Positions 27,438 to 40,619 of a stretch of 64,000 nt of DNA are shown here, piece by piece; position 1 is the first letter of the stretch, and each line of letters opens with the position of its first letter. Below the pieces are notes generated by a model. That model made no database searches, was not told the DNA's origin, and saw only the letters and a list, made by a program, of their open reading frames with translations. The DNA is taken from contig JBJCIZ010000957.1 of assembly GCA_051294375.1 (NCBI GenBank), positions 1 to 64,000 of the forward strand, read 5' to 3'. The position numbers and the translations under genes were made by a program. The DNA is from Paraspadella gotoi (taxonomy: Eukaryota; Animalia; Chaetognatha).

Positions 27438-28004
27438 TAGCCAGCTTCCCTTGCGACCACCAAACATAGTGGCCAGCTGGGGTCAACCCCGTGGCGACGA
27501 AACCGTCGTCGCCACAGTACTATGGCCTACTGCGTAAATTGTAAACAAAACATATAGAACATATATAAACATAGGTAGTGCCTGAATCTAGATTCAGATT
27601 TTCAAAAAACTTTCAAAATATGATCAGAACCATATTTAATGGAAATTAGATACACAACCGGTCGGTCAATTATGCTCAAAAGGTTAGTAATAAAAATCGA
27701 GTGACTCGAATATGCAAATGAGATTAATGCGTCATCGTAAGGTTGAATATAAGGCAAAAGAGCGCATAAACAATTTAATAATAACTATTTTTTTTAAAAC
27801 AATTAATAAATATGTTTTAATTTGTTTTGATAGTTGTTTATATGAATTCTGTATAATAAAAAATATTTGAAAAAGCTCAAATATCTAATAACATTAACAT
27901 GGCTATCAAATTTTTACAAATTTGTATTTTTTTCATTTTTATTATCAAATTGGTAGAACAACTATTTCTTTTTAATGTTTAAAAGAAAAAATATTTTTAA
28001 ACAG

Positions 28005-29485
28005 AGAGTTTGATTTTATTTTGCAACGGGTTTTTATTTAAAAAAGCAGACCATGTTTCTGGGCTGCACAATAACGGAGCCTTTCATCACGGCACATGAG
28101 TTTATGAACGTTGATACAGTGTTTTTAGGTTAAAGTAAAAGAGAGAAAGAGAGAGAGAGAGAGAGAGGAGAGGAGAGAGAGGGTTAAAGGTTTCCAACAA
28201 AGAATTGAGTAAGGACAGTGATCAGTGGTGAGGACAGATTTTTGGAAGTGGCTAGTTTTGAATAAGTGTTTTGAAAAAGAAGTGAAAATTGGTGAGAGAG
28301 ACACAGGAGAGAGAGAGAGAGACAAAATAAATAATATATACATTTGAGCAATGTACAACATAGATAAATATAATGGAAACTGTTTAATAACAAATTGAAA
28401 TAAATTAATTTTTGAAATTGAAAAGTTGAAAATTGAAATTGAAAAATTGAGATTTTAGAGGGATAGATAAGTAAAGATTGTAGTGAAATATAAGAATTAA
28501 GAAAAGAGCTCAAAAAGCTGGGCCCCCCCGGTCTTATGAAGGAGAGGTATTGCTGACGGGGCCGGGTCATTTGGCGCGTCATGGGTTGAGAGGATAATGG
28601 GATTGATCTCGTGTGGCTGGGTCAGGTATTGCTCCCTGAGGAAACAAACCAAGGCCACCCTTATATCCCTCTGGCTGATGCGGCCTGCCGGCGGCCCTCT
28701 TCTCACCTGACGGTGAGGGGTGGGCGGTTATCCACTCTTGCCAGCTTAGTGAACTGGGATGGTGGAAGTCCTCTTCATCTTCTGTAGCCGTCGTTTGGGG
28801 CGACGCCCAGACCTCAGAGAAAGAGGCTGAGTTGCTGCCGGGAGATTCGAGGTGTCAGGTGCCCATCGTTTACCCGAGGGTCTCCGCCTTACCGCGTGAG
28901 ATAGCGGATAGGGGAGTCATTGTGCGGTTGTGGTGGTGTGGGGCATTCACCACTGCTCTTATAAGCGAATCATAGTTTGGAGGGGAGATCGAATCGTCAT
29001 TTTGAGCTCTTTCTTAATTCTTATATTTCACTAAACAATCTTTACTTATCTATCCACTAAAATCTCAATTTTTCAATTTCAATTTTCAACTTTTCAATTT
29101 CAAAAATAATTTTATTTCAATTTGTTATTAAACAGTTTTCCATTATATTTATCTATGTTGTACATTGCTCAAATGTAATTATTTATTTATTTTGTCTCTC
29201 TCTCTCTCTCTTGTTCTCTCTCACCAATTTTCACTTCTTTTCAAAACTTATTCAACTAGCCACTTCCAAAAATCTGTCCTCACCACTGATCACTGTCCTT
29301 ACTCAATTCTTTGTTGGAAACCTTAACCTCTCTTCTCTCTCTTCTCTCTCTCTTTCTCTCTTTTACTTTAACTAAAAACTTGTATCAAGTTCATAACTCA
29401 TGGTGCGCTGATGAAGGCTCGTATTGTGAGCCGAAACATGTCTGCTCTTTTAAATAAAATTCGTTGCAAAATAAAATCAAACTTT
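28005..29485 (-). mobile_element. 5'-truncated Penelope-like element with inverted pLTRs
   Basis: ~480-bp inverted repeats (28005-28510, 29000-29485) around a segment whose reverse complement matches the 3' end of the ORF at 53720-54150. Confidence 0.85.
29404..29446 (+). ncRNA. Minimal hammerhead ribozyme (pLTR); degenerate mirror copy at ~28045-28095
   Basis: CTGATGA-a-GGCTC gtattgt GAGCC-GAAA-catGTC. Confidence 0.8.
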
Positions 29486-31958
29486 GTTAATCTCTGCGAA
29501 AGCAACGAAAAAGAAAGGATAATTACCAAGAAAATATTTTAAAAATATAGCTTTTTTAATAAGCTATCGATTGGTGCATTAAGAAAATTACATTATTACA
29601 TATTTACATTTTTTAGGGAAAAGTTATTTGACGAAAACTAATTTTTTCTTTTTTGATTTTTGTACCAATCAACTTTGTCGTCCTATAACTTTCAAACGCT
29701 TTGCTCGATTTATTGGGACTTGTACAATCACTTTATCGTTCAATAAGCTTTATTTTATGTATAATTGTATATCTATCTTGGTAAAATTCAGCCATCCAAT
29801 ACAGTTTTTTTCCATATGAAAAAGTATATTTTTTTTTCGCCATAGAGTACAAGATAATGACAGAGCAGAGAGAAAGACACAGATTGAGCCAAAAGTATAA
29901 TTTCTAGATATAGGCTTTATACAGCATTAAAGTTGGAATTTGATAAAACTGATCCTCACCCATGACAAATTAAAGATTTACCCTCGCTTTTTTATTAGCC
30001 TCCAAGTGGCTCCAGAATTAAGGCAAGGTTGGCGGCGATGTCGGCGGCGAGGACGGCGGCGAAGTCGGCGGCGAAATCGGCGGCGAAGTCGGCGGCGAAG
30101 TCGGCGATGAATTCGATAAATTCGGCGCATTTCGGCGGCGTGGAGATTTTCCATTTTTTGTCGTATCCAAATCTCCGGCGTTGTATGAGGCTGGAGAAGC
30201 TCCTTCTCCAGCAGTTCTTCGGTTGAACGGAGCTCTGTATCCTTTTCTTTAAGAAGAACTAGAATAGATTCGTTGACAACCTTTTTTAAAGTAATTTCAT
30301 CTAAGACAGAAATTTTTTTAATTTGCTTTTAAAGCTTTTGGTTTTTATCAATCATGATTCTTTCACATTCTTTCACACCCAAAGATTATCTTTGGGTGGC
30401 ATAGTATTACAACTGATGGAATAATTATTAATTATACAAATTAATTAGTTAATTAGGCAAAATCGTTGGCATTTTTGCAAAAAATGTTGAGGTTTTGGTT
30501 TTAGTTTCCATTTTTTAAAGGAATAAAAACAAAGACTTTCGCGAAGAGCAATTGTGTTGAACGTCGAGTCTACAAGGCGGTTTACATAGTTTTTACTCTT
30601 TGACTCTGAAGTTAATTGAAGAGAGCGATTAAAGTATTTTGATATTATTCAAGTAAACAGTACCAAAATGGTTGTGAGCAAAACAAAAAACTCATTGAAC
30701 TGTCTCTCTCTCTTTAAATGGCTTTTTGTCATTGCTTCACTGTCTTACTATCTTTAAGGATTAAGTTATAAGAAACCTTCATTTCAATAGTATTTTCATG
30801 TGCTTTTTTATTGCTTAATATTATTTTTTTTATCCTATCTGCTGATCCAACTATACATACTAGCTTTTTAATTTAAATTTAAATTTTTATATTAGATTAA
30901 TAAATTTTTATTAAATTAAAATTTTACTGTGAAACGTTAATCTCATTTGCATATTGGAGTAACCCGATTTTTATTTTGGTACCAAGGTAATATTCCCAAG
31001 GTTTTGTAAAGATATTCCAACCTGTCCCATAGGAAGCTTGCCAGACTAACATAGGCTTATTTTTACATTCGCCGACCGGGATTGTGTTATTTGTTTTTCG
31101 CGTCTTATTAAATTATTCCCCCCCCTCTCGCCACCCCTGGTGAAGTTACCCATGTTTGGTATATTGACAATATTGACAATATAAGTTAATTTTGCCCAAG
31201 GTCAATGATTTAACAAGTTAACCGCAGCAGTGACAGAATAATATTAATAATAATAATATTTTATTGTCCGAAAAAAATTATTTTGATAGAAGCAGTTTGT
31301 TCGGTATAGCTAAGCTTTTTTTGAATTTTAATTGCATCATAATGATGCTTTGGGTCGTGGACATGTTTGATAAGTATATTGCCTTAATTTTTATTTATAG
31401 TCCTCACTCATTTTTATCATTTCTGACAAATTTTAAATTTTGAAGTTGTCCAAAAGCATAGCCTGTATTGAACTATGTTCGGAGAAATTGCTATGAAAAG
31501 CACTAAAAACCTAGTTACAGAATTCGATTAGAATCTATAGAAATCACGGGAACCAATCAGAATCAGCTGTCCACTGCCTGTACTTAAGTATAAACAAAAG
31601 ATCCTGAAGATGTCGCTGCGATCGCTGGAACGAAGGCACTTTCTGTGTCAGCAAAAAAGAACAAAAGAGCATCGAGGAAAAGTTGAAAATTAGAGATCTT
31701 GAGGAAATATAAAGGTTAGTTATTTCGCCCTAAAATCGCACATGAGTAAATAATATCACTTCTCATTATGGACACTACATTTATCTTTTCATGGCGCGCC
31801 TTTACCTGACACAGAAAACTTTTTGGCCTCATTTGTAACGTTACTGGAGACTCAAAATAATTGTCAAATCTATTTTTGATTGATTTGGGCGCAAAATGAT
31901 ACTGACACCTTATCTCCTATGGCTCACTGAGAACTTATTGGCCTTTCGATCATCGATG

Positions 31959-32279
31959 CCCCCTTGCCGTATGACGGAGCAGTGAATCTCTCTCGCTCTC
32001 ACTCTGGCTGGATGACTTTGAGTCAGGATCAAGATCGACAAAAACGACAACGATAATTTGAACGATGGATTAATAGTTTAGAGTTTCGGTTAGGGATAAG
32101 GTTAGTTTAGGGAATAGATATTAGGGATTAGGGTGGGGATTAGGGTTAGGGATTAGGGTTGTGATTAGGGTTAGGGATTAGGGTCATTTTTGACGCATAA
32201 AATGACGATGGAAGTAGCAAAAGATACAATTTTTGTGCGTGTGTTTGAGTCCGCTGCTTCAGGATCCGCAGCAAGGGGG
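31959..32279. mobile_element. MITE with internal TTAGGG-like array; partial copy at 50703-50870
   Basis: CCCCCTTGC ... GCAAGGGGG termini; degenerate (GATTAGG/GTTAGG)n at 32085-32185. Confidence 0.6.
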
Positions 32280-34309
32280 ATTTTTTGAAAAAAGTGCCAA
32301 ATTATTTTGTAATTTAAGTTAATAATATTTTGGTCAATGATAGAATAACCACTAAGCTTTCATTTGAGCTCTTTAACGATAATTTTTATAAAATATTTTA
32401 AAATATCTTGCCATTTAAATAGAATTATAAGTTTTGCTTCTGGACACTGTAGAATTTTAATTTAAGTTAAATTTAGAATTTTTACTTCGCTTTAATATAT
32501 ATCAAGCTTTGTTGGGTCCTAATCAAGCTTTGATTCTCTGACTGTAAGTAATCAGCATGAGGTAAAACCTTTTCCAAAGCGTTCGAAAGATTAAAATTAT
32601 ATCCCAGGGAATAAATGAGGTTGTGGGCTCAAATTAAAGATTTTCAAGGTTGTCATCTGAAGTAGTTATCTTCAAATACGGTAATGTGTCTCTCTCTCAT
32701 TTCAAGTCTATCTCTCTTTCTCCTTCTCTCTCTACTCTCTCTCTCTATTCTCTGTCTTTCCCTCCCATTCTCTCCACTTTCTCCAAAAATATCTTACTCC
32801 CCGATCTCAGTACATTTTTTTTCTTTCCTCTTGACAAGAAGACTTCAAGCGAGATTTGAACCCGTGACCTCTTGAGAAGTGTCTCGGCGCTAAAGTCGCA
32901 ACAAAAAAAATATTTGCGTAGGAAATAAGAAGCTTGTGTCTCTTCGCGTATGGGATGTTTGTAGTGAGAATTAGTTACTTTTTATGTTTGTTAATTTTTA
33001 CTAAGACAAAGAGTGCATGGAACATAAACCAAACAAACAAAAGTTAATAATATTAAAAATATTTTATTCATCATTATTTACTTGTATTATATGCTATATA
33101 AAAAGGTAATATACAAGAAGCCCCCCGTATAGTTGAAACGGCCATTAAATGTCGCCAACAGCTTGAATCGTAAAAAAACATTCTTGTTTTTTTCTTTGTT
33201 TTAAAAAATCCAATGTAGGTAAAAATTAAGTTTTGAAACTGTGCAAAACCGGTTCTTAGAAGATTTAACAAGTTTGGGCAAACAATGTCGGATCTGCCTA
33301 CGATAATTAAGGGGTAATCTGCTAATCAGATGATAAATCACGATAATTTTTTCAATTTGTGATCCTAACTGATCATAACAGATCGTACCCATCTCAAAAC
33401 AAAACCTCGTACGGTTTTAAAAGATCGTTTATCGAATCGAAAAGATCTTACCGCTCCAAAATCGTTTTTTTTCGTGTTTTTTTTTTTTTCTCTTTGGTCC
33501 TGAATCAACGAATCCGTCAAAGAACAGATTTCCAAACATGAAAAAAATAACTACTGGAGTTTCGAACTTCAACAAATTCATTTTTATTTATTTAAATATC
33601 TTTCAGGTTTGTATTTTAAATATGTTTAAATGAAAATCGCTTGATTGACAAACATAAATTTCAACCGTTACATTAAAATTATCATTTTTTTAAGATACTA
33701 AAGTATTGCAGTTGGTAAAATATTGGTAAAATATTGGAAATTGAGAGTGACCCGACTTGTTTTTCATACTCGTCAACCGACAAGACTTCATATTAAAAGT
33801 TTTTGGCATTTCCATTTCCTGTAGAATCCAATAAAAAATTAGTTTAATGCTTTTCTCATTAAACTTTGAATATGTTTGATGAAACGTTGATTTACAAAAA
33901 AATTATCATTACAGTAAAATTATCATTTTTTTAAAGATATAAAGTCTTTGAAGTATTGCATTTGGTAAAACATTGGGATTGGGACTGACTGACTTGTATT
34001 TCAAACTGACAAGACTTTATAATAACATTTTTTGCGCTTTCATAGTTTAATTAGGTTTTTGATTAAATTATGATCAGTGAACCAGATATAAACAAGTTTG
34101 AGCAAACAATGTCGGATCTGCCTACGATAATTAATTAATTAATCGATTAATTAATTAATTACTAAATTTTAATATGTAATAATTAATTTTAAATTTATAT
34201 TCAACTTATCATCATCGATGTCCTTAAAATTGGGTTAGGACAGTTATTAAATATGTTTCGTTTACATTTTATCAAAACAAACAAATATCCTCTATTTTAT
34301 TTTATGTCT

Positions 34310-34403
<94 letters not shown>

Positions 34404-34603
34404 TCCGAACTGAACGCACGCATGATATCTTTGCTCCGAATTTTTAAAAAAAAACTGGACTTAGAAAAAAAAATCGAAAACCGGTGGACTTTGTGAATCA
34501 AGGCACAAAGAACTCAAGTTACGAAAATAAAGTTGAACTACTACAATCAGCCTATTAAAATGGATCTCCCAAATATCTTAAAAATCAAATAAAATACTCC
34601 AAC

Positions 34604-36619
34604 ATGTCGGGAAACGAAAATAATGGGCAAAATTCGACACGATCAGGTGAAGCAATGAATAATAAGCAAGGCAATGGCGCTGATTCTCGCAAAATTAGTA
34701 ACAAAACCTTGGTGGCTCTGAAATTATTCAACTGAAGGGATCTTGGAAAAAAGTGAGTTGTTGGCGAACGAATTGAGCAACGTCACAGCCAATAAAGGAT
34801 TATCAAGTCCCCTTGCCCGAAATTTTGTTTGAACAGGCGACGCCGAATACAGCCAAAAGACTAAAACGTCAGCGGGATCAAGATTCGGTGAACCAGGGAA
34901 CAAGATCTAGCGAAGTCATACAGGAAAAAAATATGAGCACTCAAAAGGAGCCTACGAGAGGTAGGAGTACACGAAAAGCTGCTATTTTGGTAGGAAATAC
35001 ATTGCCGACGGACGTTCGAAATGCAGAAAAAGCCTGGTATCTATAGTGCAAAAAAGCATACCCAGAGAGTAAACTTAGAGGAATTGAAGTGACACAAAGA
35101 GGAGATTTGGTGCTTGTGGGAAGCACACCAAAAGACAATAATGTCTTGTTGTTAGTGGATCGATGGTCCGAAAAACGAATACAATTTTGTCCCAGACTCT
35201 CGGACGACAGCACCGCGGAACAAACCGTCACAATCCGCGGCATTGAACCGGACGTGGGAGAGGAAGAAATCGAAGGAGAACTTCGACAATCAAATTACAG
35301 CCCTCGTCAATTCAGAGAATACGCGTCGGCAAGAAAAGAACACCTACTTGGACAGTGAAAGTAACCTTGAGGCTGACAAGTGAAGAAGACCGTCTTAATA
35401 TGAAGGGTTCAAAATATATGTTTAAGAGATATAAGGTTAGAGAGTAACAAAAAGAATCCCCATTACTCAATGCTATAAATGCATGAAAATAGGACATATG
35501 AGCTTTGAATGCACGGCAGAGAAAGAAATATGTTCAAGGTGTGCAGGTGAACATCGAGTAAAGGATTGTATTGTTGAGGAAAAAAACCTCAAATGCGCAA
35601 ATTGTGGGGGCAACCACGCCGCAACCTTTCGTGGCTGCAGGTATATTCGAGAAAAGATGGTACATCTACGAAGGCATGGCGACCAAGACATTGCAAGGAC
35701 AAATGACTCAACAACTGTGACTAAAAACAATCGGAGCTATTCCAGTGTCGTCTCACAGTCAGATAAACCTAACAAAGACCATCTCAACGCCTGGATAATC
35801 CTAGAAGTGGTTCTTGAGATCCTGCAGGAAGCGGGGTTAGTAACTACACAAAACTCAACTGAGATTACGAGAAAAATCTGCCAGAGCTTACGGAAAAGAG
35901 GGAGACAGCCAAATGAGGCAGATATCAGAAAAGAAGCAGAATTATTAACAGCAAATGCGAGACAAAAGACCGGAGGCTCAATTAGAAATTATCTGACCAC
36001 AAGACCCTCACCCTCTCCAGCAGGCCCAAGACGTGCGTCGACATGTATTACACCTTCAACTCGACGAATGACGGGCAAAGCAATAGACGAAGGAAATGTC
36101 TTAACCCCAAGGACATCGTCAAAAGAGGTATCGGCGAGCTCAACATCAAATACAACCTTGCAGCGAGGTGAAGCCGCGCTTTGTACATTGAGAAATACAG
36201 CGGAAAGAGCAGATGGCCAAGTAGGTCAACAACAGCACAGCGAGGTTGAACTACAAGAAAATGCGGGAGCAAATCTTAATTCGAATCATGCTTCACAGTT
36301 AACGGAACCAACGTGGGACCAGCAGACTTATGGAAATGGAAACTGGAATCTGCTGATGCCAACATGGGGTGCGGCGAGGCCGGTCCCTGTACAGATGGAA
36401 GGACAACAATGCCCGGGTGGAACCACGAGGCAAACATTACTACCAGTACAGCAACCTGCTCAGACACAAGCACAATGGCCCTTCATCCAAGACACAATGA
36501 ACTATCAGTACCCAGTACAAACCCCACGCCTAGTATACACACAACCGCAACAGATACCAGTACAGAATCGCAACCAAGAGCCGAGAGGACAGTTTCAGAT
36601 CATTCAAAATGGCAACTAG
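34604..36619 (+). pseudogene. LINE ORF1 (gag-like zinc-knuckle protein)
   Basis: CYKCMKIGHMSFEC, CSRCAGEHRVKDC, CANCGGNHAATFRGC; TIRGI pre-knuckle region; Q/P-rich tail; stops and shifts in 5' half. Confidence 0.85.
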
Positions 36620-39475
36620 ATCTAAAATCTTCAGTATAGTACAGGTTAATGTAAATTCGATTGTACCAAGGAAAGATGAGCTAAATAATTTAATTGACAA
36701 ACTAAACAACAAAAAAATCACAAAGACTATACTCATGTTCAATGATACCAGACTCAAGCACGAAGACAAATATTCCATATCAGGGTATATAATAAAAAGG
36801 AGAGATCATAAATCAAACAGCAGGTCGGCAGGCGGGGTGGCAATCGCCCTACCATCGGACTTTAAGATTTTGGATTCAACATTGAGCAATGATAATGAAT
36901 CTGAATACATTATCATAAAAACCGAACACAAAAATACAGGCAGGCTTATCATAGCAACAACATATATACATCCCAATGAGAGAGTAAAGACGAGTTTTTT
37001 TGAGAATTTAAAGAAAATGCATAATGATCGACAAAGTACACCAACCATTATTATGGGAGATTTTAATGCAAAAGTAAGTTCATTGGAGGATCAGTCAAAC
37101 ACAAAAGGCAAAATACTAGCGAAACAACTAGAGGAATACAACTACACATGTGTCAACACACCGGATCCAACATACTACAGTTTTTTTAACAGCAGTAAGG
37201 CCTGCCTAGACCTGAGCTTTGTAAACCGGGAAGGTCTGAACAGAACCAAAAATTGGTCCACTCTTGAACCGATTATGAGCGATCACCTGCCCACAAAAGT
37301 TGACCTTCAAGAACTAAACTCCTGTGAGTCATGCAGACTCAAAAAAAAAAATAAGTTGGTCGAGATTTCGGGAAGAACTTGAAAAAGAAAAAACAAAATT
37401 AGAGGTCAATGAAAATATGAAGAACAATGAAATTGAAGATTGGTGTGGTAGATTTTCAGCATCTGTCAAGAATAGTTTTGAGAAATCTTGTAAGTCAAAA
37501 GTAGTAAAAACAAAAAATGGTATCGATCTTTCAAAGAAATCTCGAAGCACTGATCTCTTTAAAAAGAAAAATTCACAATTATCGAAGGAGAACTGACTGT
37601 GACGACAAATTAAGAATAATCTACAATCTAGTAAGTGGAGAAAGTCAAAAAATCTATTAAAGAAGATGTGAAGCAGTACTGGGCCACAAAAGTAGAAAAA
37701 ATGGCGCAGACGCAAGATGCCAATGTCAAGTGGGGAATCTACAAGAAAATTGCAAACTTAGATCAGGTGGAAGTGGAATTGCCACGCTGATTCGAGAAGA
37801 TGGAACAGAGGCAATTGGTGATAAGACAGAGCCGAGGTTCATGCAGAGAGGTTGAAATCCATCTACATCCCGACCTGGATCCGCTGTTCAGTAGTGAATG
37901 GGGAATCACAGTAGATAATTTTTGTGAAGAAAACAAAGAAAGGTTAACACCATTGGATTGCAATGAATTAAGGGAAGATCCGGAAGAGAGTGACTTCACA
38001 GAGGGGGAATTAGATATGGCCCTGAAGTGCTGCCAAAATAAATCAGCACCCGGCGAAGACGGAGTAACCTACCAAATGGTTAAAAATCTACCTGAGGGGG
38101 GCAAGCTCACACTACTGTTCGTGTACAACCTCTGTTGGAATCGCGGCTATTACCCAAAAGTATGGAAAGGGCAAAATTGATAACCCTTCCAAAAAAAGGG
38201 AAAGATTTATCTGGGGCAAAAAACCACAGACCAATCAGCCTTCTATCTTGCGTTGGTAAGATCTTTGAAAGACTTCTTAAACCAAGATTGACGAGAAGCC
38301 TAGATGCCCGCAACATGAGAAATAGTTTCAAAGTGGTTATAAGAAAAACCGAAGCCCACAGGACCATCTCTTTCGACTGACAGAGACAATTTATCAGGCA
38401 TTCAAGGCAAAAAAGTGTGTTGTCGGCCTTTTTTCTTGATGTAGAGCTGGCATTTGACCACCTTTGGTGGAACGGACTCCTGTATAAATGGATGAAGAAA
38501 AAACATGCACCGAGGATGCTAAGAATAGTAAGCCACTTTCTTACGGACCGAAGCATAATAGTCTATGAAAAAAATCAAAAATCCTCTGTGATACCTATCA
38601 GTGCAGGAACGCCACAGGGTGGAGTGATAAGCCCGGACATATTCAACTCACACACAGACGACATCTTTGATAGTCGAAGAAACAAAATCCATCTCAGTTT
38701 GCAGACGATCAGGCGGCTTGGGTAGTTGCGGATCATCCACTTGTGGCAAAAGTACAAATATGCAAAGTCATAAACCAACTGGAAAGTGGTGTAAAAAATG
38801 GAGACTCAAATTATCCCCAGCAAAAATCATATGTCATCTGTTTTAGCAGGCTGCAACGCCATCTTGACGTGGATATAAATATCAGCCTATTTGGTAGTAA
38901 AGTGAAAGTTGTCAGAGAAGTTACCTTCCTTGGCTTACAACTAGACCAAAAACTCCTGTGGAAGGAAAATATAAACTGCGTAATTAGCAAGGCCAATCAG
39001 AGATTAGGCATTCTGAGAAGAATTCATAACTAAATCCGAATTGTCGAACATTAGTGCATAATCTGGCTAACATCATGAACGGACTCTTTTCGAATATGGA
39101 GCATAGTGCTTTCTCCCAATGTCCGAAGTACACTGGGCCAAAATAAGAAAAATCCAAACACAATATCTCAGGCTTGCATACAACATACCAAAATACATAG
39201 CATCAGACAGGGTCCTGGACAGCACAGGTGAGAAATGCATTAAGTCACATCTAAAGGCATTTGCTTTGAGACGTCTGCTCGACATGTACAAAAAGGTGTC
39301 AATTGTAAAGGAACTGATAAGGGAACATGAGGACAGTTTGAGAACAAACACGACTTACAAGACAGTGCTAAGCTGTATAAACTGGATCCCCATCGAAGTT
39401 AAACCAAACTCCATACAGGAGCCTGTCTCTTCAATGCCAATATCGATATCCGGCACCATCGACACGCCAGTCTAA
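36609..39475 (+). pseudogene. LINE ORF2 (APE endonuclease + reverse transcriptase)
   Basis: QVNVN, GGVA, MGDFNA, LDL, SDHLP; SAPGEDG, HRPISLLSCVGKIFE, FLDVELAFD, GTPQGGVISP, QFADD (~38696), FLGL. No RNase H seen. Confidence 0.92.
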
Positions 39476-40619
39476 AGATCATCTAAAAAGACTGGCGGCC
39501 AACATCATCTCCAATTCTTGGGGAGCAAAAACTCGTTCTTTTGTAAACTAATAAATTAAAATTGATCGACAGTTATAACTCGTATATTCTTCTCCTTAGA
39601 AAAATATTCTTGTTTCGTGTCCCAAGAACCTTTTAATAAAGTTATTGACCGTGGTTGCGAGTTCATAAAACCTATATTTAGCCAATATGGTTAAATAATT
39701 TTAATATCTTTAGCTTCTGTTATTTAAATTTCGTTTTAAACTGAATAACACTTTCTATCCATTGTTTCGTACGATTAATTCAATAAACGTTGCTCATTGG
39801 TAGAAGTTGTAAAACTAAAAGAGTAGAAAAGGCAAGAAATTATGGACAAATAGTGATAGTAGTTTGGCGGTAAGACCCCGCCGGGGGCTCGCTTTTTTAA
39901 TGTATTGTCAAGTTAGGATACCCTAGTAATTTTTTTAAATACCCTAGTATTTTTTTTTAAATTACTTTGATACTTTTACAAATCGATAGATTTTAAGTAT
40001 AAAGTTAAGCGGTAAGACCCCGGGGGCGCGCACAAACTTTTATTTGGCGATAAGACCCCTAGGAGGGCCCGCAAAATAGGATCGCCCTAAGGGATGTTTC
40101 TCCTCATCCCGGGCGTTTTTAGTAATATCTTATCATCCTCATCATCTCTCTCTTTTTATGCAATTGCGACGATCTTTATGCTTTATCGGCTTTTAAGAAT
40201 TTTTTAACTTGCATCATTTTTTCACATGATTTAATTAATTAATTAATTAATTAAAAATTTATTAGTAATCATTAATATTAAGATTCAAGTAAATGTGACT
40301 TATGTTTTTTCCATCTAAACTCATTCCACTGGCACTATTCCGTCAAAACTTTATATAATTATTATATATTAATAAATATTTAAAAGTTTCAGTGCAAACA
40401 ACCCAATGAACTAAATTAATAAAGTTACATTGAAAATGCGATTTAGTAGTAAAAGGAAAAAAGAAATTTTTTGAGAGAATAGAAGTTATAAAAAGTGTTC
40501 AATTTGGCCCGCCTTACTAGATATTAGCGGAACAGGTTGAAAAAATCTAAAAAAGTATAGTGACTCGCCAACTCCTTACTATCAAAGAAAATTAATAAAA
40601 AGTATTAATAATTCTAATT

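Larger units (their letters stand above)
34401..40146 (+). mobile_element. Full-length non-LTR retrotransposon (Jockey/I-group-like LINE), frameshifted
   Basis: ORF1 with three CCHC knuckles, ORF2 with APE and RT, ~660-nt 3' UTR and (ATC)n tail, flanked by (TC)n. Confidence 0.9.

Noticed and set aside
32085-32185. True telomere or fusion site
   Set aside because: Short, degenerate and internal to a repeated MITE.
32845-32900. tRNA gene
   Set aside because: Only a B-box-like motif; no cloverleaf.
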